A stretch of 50,543 nt of DNA. Origin: Phoronis australis. Lineage: Eukaryota; Animalia; Phoronida. Below the pieces are notes generated by a model. That model saw nothing but the letters and a program-made list of their open reading frames with translations. It searched no databases and was not told the DNA's origin. Below are positions 36,869 through 48,367 of this stretch, piece after piece (positions within the stretch are counted from its first letter, which is position 1; each line of letters begins with the position of its first letter). The position numbers and the translations under genes are program-made. The stretch covers positions 1 to 50,543 of the forward strand of contig NMRA01001137.1 in assembly GCA_002633005.1 (NCBI GenBank). Reading direction: 5' to 3'.

Positions 36869-38419
36869 CAGATGAAGCAATTGCTTCAAGAAGTTGCCGT
36901 CTGTGGTCCACAATGTGACTAGCAAGCCGATTTTCAAGTCCTGGAAATAACTCTGCCGGGTGATCGGGTGTTGTAATGTAAACCTTGTCTCGTTTACTGT
37001 ATTGTCTGTGGAATTCCGTACAGACCCCGCTTGCCAATGGCAGCAACCTAAGACCAACAACGCCACAATAATGCCCATCTGCAACTGCATAGCCCAAGAT
37101 CTCCATACAATGAGTTTCATTTTCTGGAAATGGTTTCACTATATTTTGAATATCCAACACAGCTCTTCTCAAATGCCCAGGAGTGACAACTTCTTTGTCG
37201 AATCTTTCCAAGGCAAACTTTACATGATCTGGAACGCAGACGACGGGTCTTCCAGCTTTCAGTAGTATGGCATTAATCACGTCTGAATGCTCAGTCTCAG
37301 AGAGGAAGCTGAACAAGGCGTGATCAAATGTTATGTATTGACCGCTTCCTTGTTTGGTGAATAGGAAAGGAATAGTCGTAACATAACACAAAAAAGTCTG
37401 TGCCATTTGAAGCCATTTGCTGTCTACAGCGCCCATACACGGAATTGCTTGATATATGAGGTTCTGGGGAATCTTGAGTTTTGTTGCTTCACGGATGAGC
37501 TCTGTGTAAGCCAGAGGCACAGCTTCTTCTAGCATTGCCTGATTCCAAAGCAAGCTCCTGTCCGTCAACTCAGAGCTCAGTTGCTCAGCGTTAGGCCACT
37601 TTAAATGACGCCTATTCTGATCAATGGCTAGGAAACCGTTTACATGAATAGGTAGACCCGTTTGACTATTTCGCTCCACAGGTAGCGGTAAAAAGCAAAA
37701 CACATGACCACGAGGTTGCTCAGGCACAAAACTTCCATCCAGAGACATTGCGACAGCTACCCAAGGAAGATAGTACAACGTCTTTTCCTCAAACAGTTGC
37801 TTTAATTTGGGCAGACGAACGCCACCGGCGAAAAAGTTGGTGACCAGCCATCGATGTGATGTTGTTTCCGACACAGTGTTTTCTGAATGAATAGTCTTCT
37901 CCCTACTAAACAAAACAGGAGTGTCCAGCCAGTTTTGGGTGTCAATTGCTCCCAGAAAAGACTGAATGTTCTCTCTAACACTTGTGCAATTTTCAGATAA
38001 TTCCACTTTGAAGAACATGTTTGGCTGCTGATCGCGTGCCTCGCGTATATACAACTCTATTGACTCCAGTGACGAGAGGAAGAGCAAGCACATGTAAGAG
38101 TACTGCTCAAATTGCTCAAAGAGAACTTTCACCTTATCTACAGGATATTCACCGGGACATAATTCTGAGTTATTACTGGCTGTCCTCAAAGGGAATCGGA
38201 ATAATGTGCCGGGATAGTAATTTTCCGTGAGACGAGTTTGATTGAAAATGAGGCCCAGGTTAGGGTCAGTGAATGGGGTGTAAAACCCTGATTGATCATC
38301 ACCAATATCAGCTAAATGCCAGCAAGCTCCTTTCATAGGACGATTTCTGTCATCGTGGAAATACTTCTCATGTGGATCTAGAAGCCCAATCATGTTTCCA
38401 CTAAGAACGCCAGGCAAGT
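36869..38419 (-). CDS. SACS: Sacsin-like gene B, exon 5 (1551 nt)
   Basis: Phase 1/1, AG and GTAAGT flanked. GTLFRFPLR, GHVFCFLPLP, TGLPIHVNGF are sacsin repeat-1 motifs. Confidence 0.95.
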
Positions 38420-38892
38420 CTACAAAGGAACATAAACACAAACTGGTGTACGTTCAGTGACGTGGTGTGGACACGATAAAATAACCGTACGAGGCCATTT
38501 ATTACACTAGCTATGCTGCACGATCACTTCACGCTTGAATTTACATTTGAGCAATGGTGCCATCGATGAACAACTCTTAAGTTTTCACAATAAAAGTATT
38601 CAATATTTCATATAACACCAAGATACATCACAGCGAACATAACAGCTAGCACTGCTAGTCAAGTTTGAAAACTGTCAACCAATTCACGGTTTAAGAAAGT
38701 ATATTATCACTAAGGAGATAACCTCTCTTGTATGCGTAAGGCTTTTAAAACGTAATTCTCGTGATATAGTGCAAAACAACAGTTTTTACGGAGTTCTGTG
38801 GACGACGGATTGCTTGAAATGTAATAATCTTCACCTCATACAAACAGAATTGTATGCAATACTACAATACTGCATACATTCATACCTACACA

Positions 38893-38952
38893 GATAGACA
38901 GACAGACAGACACACACACACACCACGCGCGCACACACACACACACGCACAC

Positions 38953-39018
<66 letters not shown>
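38893..39018. repeat. Compound microsatellite (CAGA)n(CA)n(TA)n
   Basis: Read directly. Confidence 0.95.
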
Positions 39019-39021
<3 letters not shown>

Positions 39022-39120
39022 ACACCGTAGGCAGCTCCAAAACTATATGCAAATTGATAACGCTTTTGACTGCCAGTTGGGAAACTTGCAAGAAGCATAT
39101 TGAATGGACTAACAAAATAC

Positions 39121-39268
39121 CTGTCATGTGAAAAACAGATTTGAAGCCCAGTCCAAAGCGACCCACTTTGATCGGGTCTTCTTTCTTGAAGCTGTCATAA
39201 ATGGTACGAATTCCCAACCAGTCTTCTTCATTAAAGGTGGCGTCGTTGAAGGCATACAGTGCAGGTCC
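39121..39268 (-). CDS. SACS: Sacsin-like gene B, exon 4
   Basis: 148 nt. GPALYAFNDATFNEEDWLGIRTIYDSFKKEDPIKVGRFGLGFKSVFHMT differs by one residue from gene A exon 4. Confidence 0.93.
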
Positions 39269-39291
39269 CTGAAGGAGACTTGGCTATTACA

Positions 39292-39634
39292 CATAGGCGG
39301 ATTTAGGGGGGGTGGGGCCCGGAACGGAAAAAAAATGAAACAGCCAGAGCGTGAGGAAGACTTAAGTTCATTAACTAACCCCGGTAATTAACATGCGGCT
39401 GAAAACAGATTTAACAATGCGTGCATTTTCAGTTTGTGTGTGTGGGGGGGTCTCAGACCCGATTGTAAGTGTCAGGCCCGTGACGTCTCAATCTGTTTAT
39501 TTTTTGCAGTTTTGAGCATCCTCAGAAATTCAAGCCCTCCTATATTTTAGGCTTTGTGCGCCCGCGCAGTCGTGCTTTGTACGATTCCCCAAAACAAAAT
39601 GTTGCCCCCTTACAATATCCTAGATCCGCCTCTG
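39292..39634. mobile_element. MITE with CATAGGCGGATTTAGG TIR and 5-bp TSD
   Basis: Right end CCTAGATCCGCCTCTG, flanks TTACA/TTAGA. The empty paralogous site GGCTA-TAAAA-TGCTAG (1446-1461) supports a 5-bp duplication. Confidence 0.82.
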
Positions 39635-40000
39635 TTAGATGCTAGATTTACCTGCAACTATTATTAAAATCTCTTGGTCTATTTACATTGTTCTTCCGTG
39701 TTCAAATTTTGTTAGATCTCGCTAACTTCTCTTGTGGTCTACCACAGTGTCCGTGACAGACCGTGAAGAAATTAGGTAATGCAGAGTTCTGCTACAAGTT
39801 TTCTGCTTAACAAGGGTGCTTGTATATTCCCTCCTTCCGGCCTCTTACGTTATGATGCAGTCTCACGTATTTTATGTTCTATCAAAGCTTTCTAAGTACG
39901 AAACGTACTTGATGTGTTTGTGTCCACGGCATAAGAAGTCTGTCCAAGCCTCACCGATAAGAGACGGCCTCCCAGACAGCACGGGTCATGTCAGATCATA

Positions 40001-40896
40001 GGCAATGACCATTGCCTCTGTTGGCCCGAACCAGAGGCGATGCAGAGGCTATAGGCGCTCTGTACGCCGGAAACTTTTCGGCGAATTATGCCTCGCACCG
40101 ACTAAACCATCAAAGTCACGTTGTTATAAATACCTTTTGCGCATAGAGGAACACCTTAGGAGGTTGTCGTTGTGTTTAATTCCTTCCAACTCGAACAAAT
40201 ACTCCCGTTATGAAACTTTTTCTTCGAGCAGTCCCTATTTCAGTTCCCAAAATCGTGAAATCAACATTTTCATTTTTTTAACCAGGCCGAAGGTCAGAAG
40301 TTGCGGACCTACCGGCGAACTTTGAAAGCTGAAGTTCCCGCCCTTCGCGTACGTGCTGCCGGGAACCAGCCGTGCATTTGTCGTGTTGTTAAACATTAAA
40401 ATGTCAAATATGTGCACAAAGACTATTAAATGTCATATCAACAGCATTTATTTTTATCAAATACAAACAATGATTCATTGAAATACAATCAGTTTCAAGT
40501 AACGCCAATTAAAGACAAGTATAAGTGGTGGCATTTTGGAAACGAACATTTGACTGACAAGACCGCAATGGCTCACCTTTGGCCTATTTAAAGATTGAGG
40601 TCATGAATTGGAGCGTGCGCAGTATAAAAATGGTGAGTTCACGATTTTGGGAACTGAAATAGGGACTGCTCGAAGAAAAAGTTTGATAATGGGAGTATTT
40701 GTTCGAGTTGGAAGGAATTAAACACATCGACAACCTCCTCAGGTGTTCCTCTATGCGCAAACGGTATTTATAACAACGTGACTTTGATGGTTTAGTCGGT
40801 GCGAGGCATAATTCGCCAAAAAGCTTCCGGCGTACAGAGAGCCTATAGCCTCTGCATCGCCTCTGGTTCAGGCCAACAGAGGCGATGGTCATTGCC
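40001..40896. mobile_element. Non-autonomous DNA transposon (foldback/MITE) with ~270-bp TIRs and TA flanks
   Basis: 40001-40272 is a near-exact inverse of 40625-40896 (hence the twin ORFs 40005+ and 40892-). Ends TA|GGCAATGACCAT...ATGGTCATTGCC|TA. Absent from gene A intron. Confidence 0.9.
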
Positions 40897-42063
40897 TAGG
40901 CTGATCATAGCAGAAAGCTAACCTGTAAATGCCTGGCACGCGCCTTGACTACACGCGACGAAACGGTAACCATACACCTTAGCTCACCGTAAGAACCTTC
41001 ATAAAACGGGACAAAATACAATAGACTGAGAGCAATCGTGAGTAGGCCGTTACGAAAGGCGAACTAACTTTGAGACGAAACGGAATACATGCTTATCGGT
41101 CTAGTCCACCTGCAGTCGAGTTTTGTTACCTGAATCCCACTTTGCTGCAATTTGGTAGGTTCTTCATCTGCTGTGGTAATTTTGTGACAGTTACGGTGAC
41201 AGCTGAAATGTAGTTGTCCGCGGTGCCGGAAACGTAATGTAAATCCTGCATTAGCTTTAAATTGTCTACTAACACTCTTTCACAATGCTACGAAATTTGC
41301 ACAGTCGAATGTTGTTAAACATGACTTCTCATTGGATAATGTAATGAGACCAACGTCATCACATTCAGTCATTCTCATTGGTTGAAACCTGGGAAATCCC
41401 TTTCGGTATACAGATACAGAGTATGCCGACCACCTTTGACATGAATAGCTGTATTTTATTAAAATGGGCAGTGATCGAAGTAAACAAAATCAAGGAAAAA
41501 CCCGATCCAGTGGCTTAAGCCCAAACAAGTACAGTACATAAAGGCGTGTGCAAGTCGTGGCGATGTGATCGGTATACTTCTGAACAAGGCATGCACATTG
41601 ATGCCCAAAACATGGAGTTCCTTTGTTGTTCATCATGTTTCCACAGGGCCAATTTTCAGTATAGGTGGTGCTGTGTCAGAGGGTATAAATCGACCTGACA
41701 GCTATCTCAAAGTGATTTGAGTAATAGCTTGGAAGGCGGTGGGGCGAAGGTCATTGTTGTGAGTAATTTGGCGGGCGGTGGGGTGGGCAACCTGGTTTTT
41801 TCTACGTCACTTTTAATTCAATTTCATTTGGGACCTTGTTTTGTTAAGTCTAGAAATAACTGACGTAACCATGCTGCTTCACGAGCAGCTTCATAAGCAG
41901 CAATATATTCTGCATCAGCAGTAGACAAAGCAATAACACTCTGACGCTTGCTCTGCCAAGAGATAGGACCATTTGCATACATAAATACTACACCTGATGT
42001 GGAGTGCCGTGTTTCATCATTGGCCTACTGGAATCTGAATAGCCAACAGGAGACGTTCTTGAC

Positions 42064-42912
42064 TTAGACTATGCCATAATCTAAAGTATTTTTCAAGTAC
42101 CGCAGTATGCGTTTAGACGCACTAAGATGAGTTTGCATGGGTGCAGATCTAAATCGACTAAGAACCCCTACCGCATAAGCTATTTCAGGTCGTGTAGCAG
42201 TAGACAAATATAATAGACTACCTACAATTGACTGATACAAAATCTTGTCAATAGATTTACTGCCATCATCTTTAACAAGTTTAACATCTGTAGCCATTGG
42301 TGTACTCACAGGATTACAATACTTCTTAAGTATCTGTTCAACATAAGGCATTTGACTAAGTTTCATTGACTCTTCAGTGAATGATACACTGATTCCTAGA
42401 CAGTAATGTAACTGACCTAATTCTTTCATCTTAAACCTAGAACTTTCTGGAAGACTTCCTAACAAAGTTACAACTTGGTCTTCTTCACTAACTGGAGCCT
42501 TGATAGCTGCCAGTTTATTAGTGAGTTCTTTCATGTATTTCAGATGTTTTTCAATTGAATCATTCTCCTTCATAACCGTTCTGAAGTATTGCTGCTTTAG
42601 ATAAAGCCTATTTGCAAGAGTTTCCCGTTCGAAATGCGTCTGTAACTTACTCCATGCTTCGATAGCTGTGTTACATTCAGTTATTAAATATAGAAGATCA
42701 TCGGACACTGATAAAACAACATAGCTCAACGCTTTAATGCTTCTTGTTGTGAAGTCCTTCTTCTCTTTCTCCGAAGCACTGTCCGCCGGAGGATTTTCTG
42801 TGCCATCAATGAATCCAAACAAACCTCGCGCACATAAATAATGCTTAATTTTAAACTTCCATGATGAATAGCTTTCCGTATTTATTTTTGTCACCTCCCA
42901 CTTGTCTCCCAT
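42064..42912 (-). pseudogene. Copia gag / RT C-terminal fusion ORF (282 aa)
   Basis: Gag motifs YSSWKFKI..GFIDG, AWSKLQTHFE, LLGSLPES join directly to RT motifs FKMKELG..YCLGI, YQSIVGSLLYL..TRPEIAYAVG, KRILRYL. Confidence 0.88.
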
Positions 42913-42940
42913 AGCTTAGATGCGATCTGGGCCCATAACC

Positions 42941-43166
42941 TGTTGAACTTTCGAGCGAGAAAACCACTTTCTTTGACGAAAGTTTATTGTGCAAAAATAA
43001 GAACAAAACATCATAACAAAGATGGCTAGCGGACGCAGGAGCGCCTAGTGAAAAGCATTGTGGGTAAAACGTATAAATAGCACAACCATGGGAGACAACT
43101 TCACATGGGAGATAACTTCTTAGTTTAAACACAAAGTTATACAACTATGATGCAAATATTTCAACA
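42941..43166 (-). mobile_element. Copia 5' LTR (226 bp)
   Basis: TGTTGAA...TTCAACA inverted termini, immediately followed by the PBS (42940-42927) of the Drosophila-copia type (internal tRNAi-Met fragment). Confidence 0.85.
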
Positions 43167-44029
43167 GATCGGACACAAAAACGGTTGTTCGCGTCACGTG
43201 GTACCAGGAGTGCTTAGCGCGCTATAATGAAAGCAGATCGCTCTTTACGAACCACTGTGATGCATGCAATCATGTCTTAGACTGGGACAATACGAAAATC
43301 CTGGCTCATGACAATGCCAAGAAAACACGCTACATCTAAAAGAGTCTGTTTATTAAGTTATAATAGCTGATAACATGAACTGTGATGCGTAACAATAACC
43401 CGTATATTATGTTTTGGTAACATACTTTGATCCTCTTGAAGACCGCAGAACAGGGAGGTCGAAAACATTCGTTGTAAGTGTGTCAGACGAACGATTTACT
43501 TTGTAAATCAATAGGTAGCAATTATTCGGTGACATTTCTTGAGATTGATGGATAATTAACTGTAAAAGCTTAAGATATTTTTGAAAATTATCGCAAAATA
43601 CAAGTCGAGACTAAAATTGAAATAGCCACCAAGTGTTGAACAAAGCGACTGAAAATCTACCAATCGCTTTTGGAGATAGAGATATGGGCGCCAGACAAAA
43701 ACGCCCGGCACAATGAGCACGTGAAATGACAGTTATAGGCTAAGATGGCCTAATTGGGCGAAATGGCCCCAATGGGCCCAAATGACCCTATTAGGCCAAA
43801 ATGACCATATTGGGCCAAAACAACCCGATGGCCAAAATGACCGTAATGGGTCAAAACAGATGTCAAAATCGGGGGAGAAATTCATGCGTCCAAGGTCCCC
43901 AATTAATTTGCAAGTGCAACTTCAAAGTGAATTGTGGGACGGGCATCAGCAGAAATGCATTCGGGCAATGACTTTATATATTGATTACAAAAATAGGGGC
44001 ATGGGCAAGACCTTCACAAACTTTGTAGG

Positions 44030-45448
44030 TACGTTGAGCGTGAGTCGGTACTTTGGGTTGAGCGTGTGACATTGGTGTGTGTTACGCATGTGTCAGTGCA
44101 TTGTGTTGAGCGTGTGTCAGTACTGTGTTTTGAGCGTGTGTCAGTACTGTGAGTTGAGCGTATGTCAGTACTGTGTGTTGAGCTTGTGTCAGTACTGTGT
44201 GTTGAGCGTGTGTCAGTACTGTGTGTTGAGTGTATGTCAGTACTGTGTGTTGAGCGTGTGTCAGTGCTTTGTGTTGAGCTTGTGTCAATACGGTGTGTTG
44301 AGCGTGTGTCAGTACTGTGTGTTGAGNNNNNNNNNNNNNNNNNNNNNNNNNNNNNNNNNNNNNNNNNNNNNNNNNNNNNNNNNNNNNNNNNNNNNNNNNN
44401 NNNNNNNNNNNNNNNNNNNNNNNNNNNNNNNNNNNNNNNNNNNNNNNNNNNNNNNNNNNNNNNNNNNNNNNNNNNNNNNNNNNNNNNNNNNNNNNNNNNN
44501 NNNNNNNNNNNNNNNNNNNNNNNNNNNNNNNNNNNNNNNNNNNNNNNNNNNNNNNNNNNNNNNNNNNNNNNNNNNNNNNNNNNNNNNNNNNNNNNNNNNN
44601 NNNNNNNNNNNNNNNNNNNNNNNNNNNNNNNNNNNNNNNNNNNNNNNNNNNNNNNNNNNNNNNNNNNNNNNNNNNNNNNNNNNNNNNNNNNNNNNNNNNN
44701 NNNNNNNNNNNNNNNNNNNNNNNNNNNNNNNNNNNNNNNNNNNNNNNNNNNNNNNNNNNNNNNNNNNNNNNNNNNNNNNNNNNNNNNNNNNNNNNNNNNN
44801 NNNNNNNNNNNNNNNNNNNNNNNNNNNNNNNNNNNNNNNNNNNNNNNNNNNNNNNNNNNNNNNNNNNNNNNNNNNNNNNNNNNNNNNNNNNNNNNNNNNN
44901 NNNNNNNNNNNNNNNNNNNNNNNNNNNNNNNNNNNNNNNNNNNNNNNNNNNNNNNNNNNNNNNNNNNNNNNNNNNNNNNNNNNNNNNNNNNNNNNNNNNN
45001 NNNNNNNNNNNNNNNNNNNNNNNNNNNNNNNNNNNNNNNNNNNNNNNNNNNNNNNNNNNNNNNNNNNNNNNNNNNNNNNNNNNNNNNNNNNNNNNNNNNN
45101 NNNNNNNNNNNNNNNNNNNNNNNNNNNNNNNNNNNNNNNNNNNNNNNNNNNNNNNNNNNNNNNNNNNNNNNNNNNNNNNNNNNNNNNNNNNNNNNNNNNN
45201 NNNNNNNNNNNNNNNNNNNNNNNNNNNNNNNNNNNNNNNNNNNNNNNNNNNNNNNNNNNNNNNNNNNNNNNNNNNNNNNNNNNNNNNNNNNGTGTTGAGC
45301 GTGAGTCAGTACTGTTTGTTGAGCATGTGTCAGTACTGTGTGTGGAGCGTGTGTCCGTACTGCGTGTTGAGCGTGTGTCAGTACTGTGTGTTTAGCGTGT
45401 GTCAGTACTGTGTGTTGAGTGTGTGCCAGTACTTTTTGTTGAGCGTGC
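44030..45448. repeat. 24-bp minisatellite (GTGTGTTGAGCGTGTGTCAGTACT)n spanning an assembly gap
   Basis: About 12 copies left and about 6 copies right of the N-run. Confidence 0.95.
44327..45291. other. Assembly gap (965 N)
   Basis: Run of N. Confidence 1.
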
Positions 45449-45917
45449 TGCAAGTAAACACGTACGATAAAAATATTAAAACAATAGCCTTCATTTGTCT
45501 TGAGTAAAATTTGGATGCAGATGTCACAGTATTCACAAAACTAAGAAAGAATCCAATTCGGGAAAACGTGATTTTGGAAAGGGTGTGTTTCTTTTTGTCT
45601 TCAATCATCTAGGCCGATTGTACTGAAACCAGTTATACGTACTACAGTCCTCATAATAACAGTTGAACACCGCAAGCTAGTCGGAATCAGTTGAAAAGGA
45701 GCCGCATAGTGAAGAGGCCATGCGAAACAAAATGCGTGCGATCTAGCAACATAAAAAGTATCACCATTTTTTATTTGCCTTATGAAGTCAATCCTTATCG
45801 ATTTTCTGGCTTTGGTAACATTCCAAACCAATCTTTCCTCCCGTTTGTACTTGTTACTATTCATGGACCTAATTAACTTGACACAGTTATTTAATCAAAA
45901 ACATTTTCACTTATTAC

Positions 45918-46034
45918 CTGAAAGTGAACAAGCTCTGGATGGACCAAGTGATCTGCATTTGTCGGAAAAGTGGACTTGTCAAACAAAAACTTGATCGTCT
46001 TCGCTTTGGCATCCTCAGCGTTCTGGATGAGTTC
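45918..46034 (-). CDS. SACS: Sacsin-like gene B, exon 3 (most 5' exon present)
   Basis: 117 nt, phase 0/0. ELIQNAEDAKAKTIKFLFDKSTFPTNADHLVHPELVHFQ. Confidence 0.9.
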
Positions 46035-46525
46035 CTGTGAAATGCACGTAGAGTTCCATGATGCTTCTCATAACATTACGAGGATGACGATGTTAACACT
46101 TGTGTTACTGCAGGTGTTACAATGTTCAAACTTTGTGCTATTTTAATAGCACAAAGTTTGAACACACTTAAAAGTGTGTTTTGTTGTGAACTCTCGTATA
46201 TCCCTCTGCCACCAAATCGTCGAAAACGTAGTCATGACACAATCAGGCCCAGAGGAGATTTTCTGCTAACAGTATGAATAATCGTGTGATTTATAGATTG
46301 ATCAAATTGTGTGGAAACTTAACCTATATGACTTAAAACTGCTCCGCGACTGTTTCAACACCAATCTACGTTATCGTTTAACAGATTTGAACGGAGGACC
46401 AGATGAATTTTCATATTTGCAGTAAAATACCCATTCGCTACATGACCTTCCTCAGTCCAAATCCCCAACAAGCCTGGCTAACATTATGAAGCAGTTCGTC
46501 CACTTAGAACTCCAAGATAAAGTTA

Positions 46526-46767
46526 ATATAATAAAAAATAATTGCAGGCGGTCTGATACACCTTGTACCAGACGTGCGCAGGCCTCGCATGTGGGCCCAT
46601 TGCAGTGATCACCTGGAAATATTTTTATGCTTTATTAATATATGGTTAAAACCGAGCTGAGGAGCTAGAAACCTGGCTCAAGGGTTTACAGTGTGACCTG
46701 GTGGGACTTGAACCCACGACCTCTAGTAAAGAAAGCGGGCACTTATCAACCAGGCCACACTGCCTCC
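46526..46767 (-). mobile_element. tRNA-derived SINE, copy 2
   Basis: Reverse complement of copy 1, B-box GGTTCAAGTCC, TSD A(A/G)GATAAAGTTA at 46514-46525 / 46768-46779. Empty site in gene A at ~4206-4218. Confidence 0.9.
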
Positions 46768-47027
46768 AGGATAAAGTTAGGGACACAACACCTTTGTCTC
46801 CCAAGGAGTTTGAATTCGCATGTATCAGAACTACTTTTCAGGGAAATCGAAAAAAATCGAGTTTGGTATCCAGTTAACGAAACTACGGATTTGCGAAAAT
46901 ACAATCATCAATACTGGTGCTCTATTTTGTAAGAAGCTTGAGTTATGTTCTATTTTCAGATTACATTAGTTGAATATAAAAACTTGTAGGTTTTGATTAA
47001 ATTCTGGTATGGCTTTTTGCTACTCCT

Positions 47028-47447
47028 GGGCCGAGGTCTAATTTTTGTACTCAACATCAAACTCGAAATTATAATAACTTATCATTTTCCTTTCTACTAT
47101 TGTACGAACTCGAGAAAAGTATCTATTGTTCTGTGCTTGAGTACATTTAGGCTTCATGGAAATGGTATTTTAGTCCAAGTTCACATTTGACGACCCCTAC
47201 ATTAGAGCTAAACGCTTGAGTAAAAACTCGAGATTTGGAGTAAAAACTCGAAATTCTGAGATAAAACTCAAACTTTTAACCTCAATTCTGTGTTCATCGA
47301 GTGCAAACCAGGAGTAAACGACTGTCCATGTAAGTCATTATGTAGCTTGAGTATAGAATAACAGACATTTGTCTTGAGTTTGTACAAAACTAGAATAGAA
47401 GAAAAGTTTCCTGTTTGACTTCGAGTAAAACGGTTAGACGCTGGCCC
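47028..47447. mobile_element. Degenerate GGGCC-terminated MITE (Harbinger-like)
   Basis: Imperfect ~35-bp TIR GGGCC....TCTAA......TACTC....TCAAAC, with internal GAGTAAAAACTCGA repeats. Confidence 0.55.
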
Positions 47448-48235
47448 CAAAAAGTAACTGCAGTGTTAATGAAAATGTCAAGTAACGTTAGTCACTCGAT
47501 ACTGAGCGTTTGCGTGATCACGTTGTTTCCATCACTCTCACACACTGAAAGAGTTGTATTTGAGGCTTGTCATAATTATATTAGCACTGACTTGCACGTG
47601 TTATTTACTTGTTTTTACTTTTTTCACGGATTCGCCAGGAGCTTCTGATCGGCCAACATGAGTTAGATCTGGACCGACTTTTTAATTTGTCAACAAATTG
47701 CTTTAAAACATCTAACTGTTGTGATATCATTTGTACCCCTAACTTTCCCGATATTACAATGGTCCAGTTACCAATGCTATCTGTACATGCTTAGTTACTA
47801 CCTGTTTTAACTACTTAAAAGCAGCAAAAACAGTTTGTTTCACAAACACATCGGTTTTATTGTTGATAACAGATTGACTTTCAATACCCTTGGTATCGAG
47901 TTCTTCAACAAAGTGCAAACGCTTTCAAAACCCCTTAGGACTTTTCCAAGACAAAGATCAAACCATCACCTTGGATTCAGCTTCAATTCTTTCATTTCAT
48001 CCCTGCTGATATTTTCAATCCTATATTAATTCCCTTGCAATAAAGGGCCCTAAATCTAAAAACATTGGAAAGTTGAAAGTTGTGCATCCGCGTACGTGAC
48101 CTTTGAACAAAGACATACATTTTGCCGTTCCACCATAATGTACAAGGTGGCTGGAGTCGTAGCGATCAACACCTCAATTGTCATATCGACAGATCCCCGG
48201 AAAAATATATATCACGCCACAAAACATAGTCTCTA

Positions 48236-48367
48236 GGGCCCGGTTGCATAAATGTTATACGCTGCATTATCACGCACCACTTAGGTACTGTTGAACACAG
48301 TAAATGACGTCATGCAACAATCAAACATATTTAGCGGATAATTTTGAAGTTTTATGCAACCTAGTCC
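48236..48367. mobile_element. Short MITE GGGCCCGGTTGCATAAA...TTTATGCAACCTAGTCC
   Basis: Imperfect 17-bp TIR. Paralog of 17290-18027. Confidence 0.6.

Larger units (their letters stand above)
41835..43166 (-). mobile_element. Internally deleted, 3'-truncated Ty1/copia LTR retrotransposon
   Basis: 5' LTR, PBS GGTTATGGGCCCAG, gag fused to RT C-terminus, then a frameshifted RNase H (GYSDS..., STSG..ISWQSKRQSVIALSTADAEYIAA..EAAWLRQL). No 3' LTR seen. Confidence 0.92.

Noticed and set aside
29445-38230. Many short + strand and alternate-frame ORFs
   Set aside because: Shadow ORFs of the sacsin exons.
40005-40892. Twin convergent ~105-aa genes
   Set aside because: They are the two arms of one inverted repeat. 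No transposase or other motif.
44014-45507. 378-479-aa ORFs
   Set aside because: Artefacts of reading through the 24-bp minisatellite and the N-gap.
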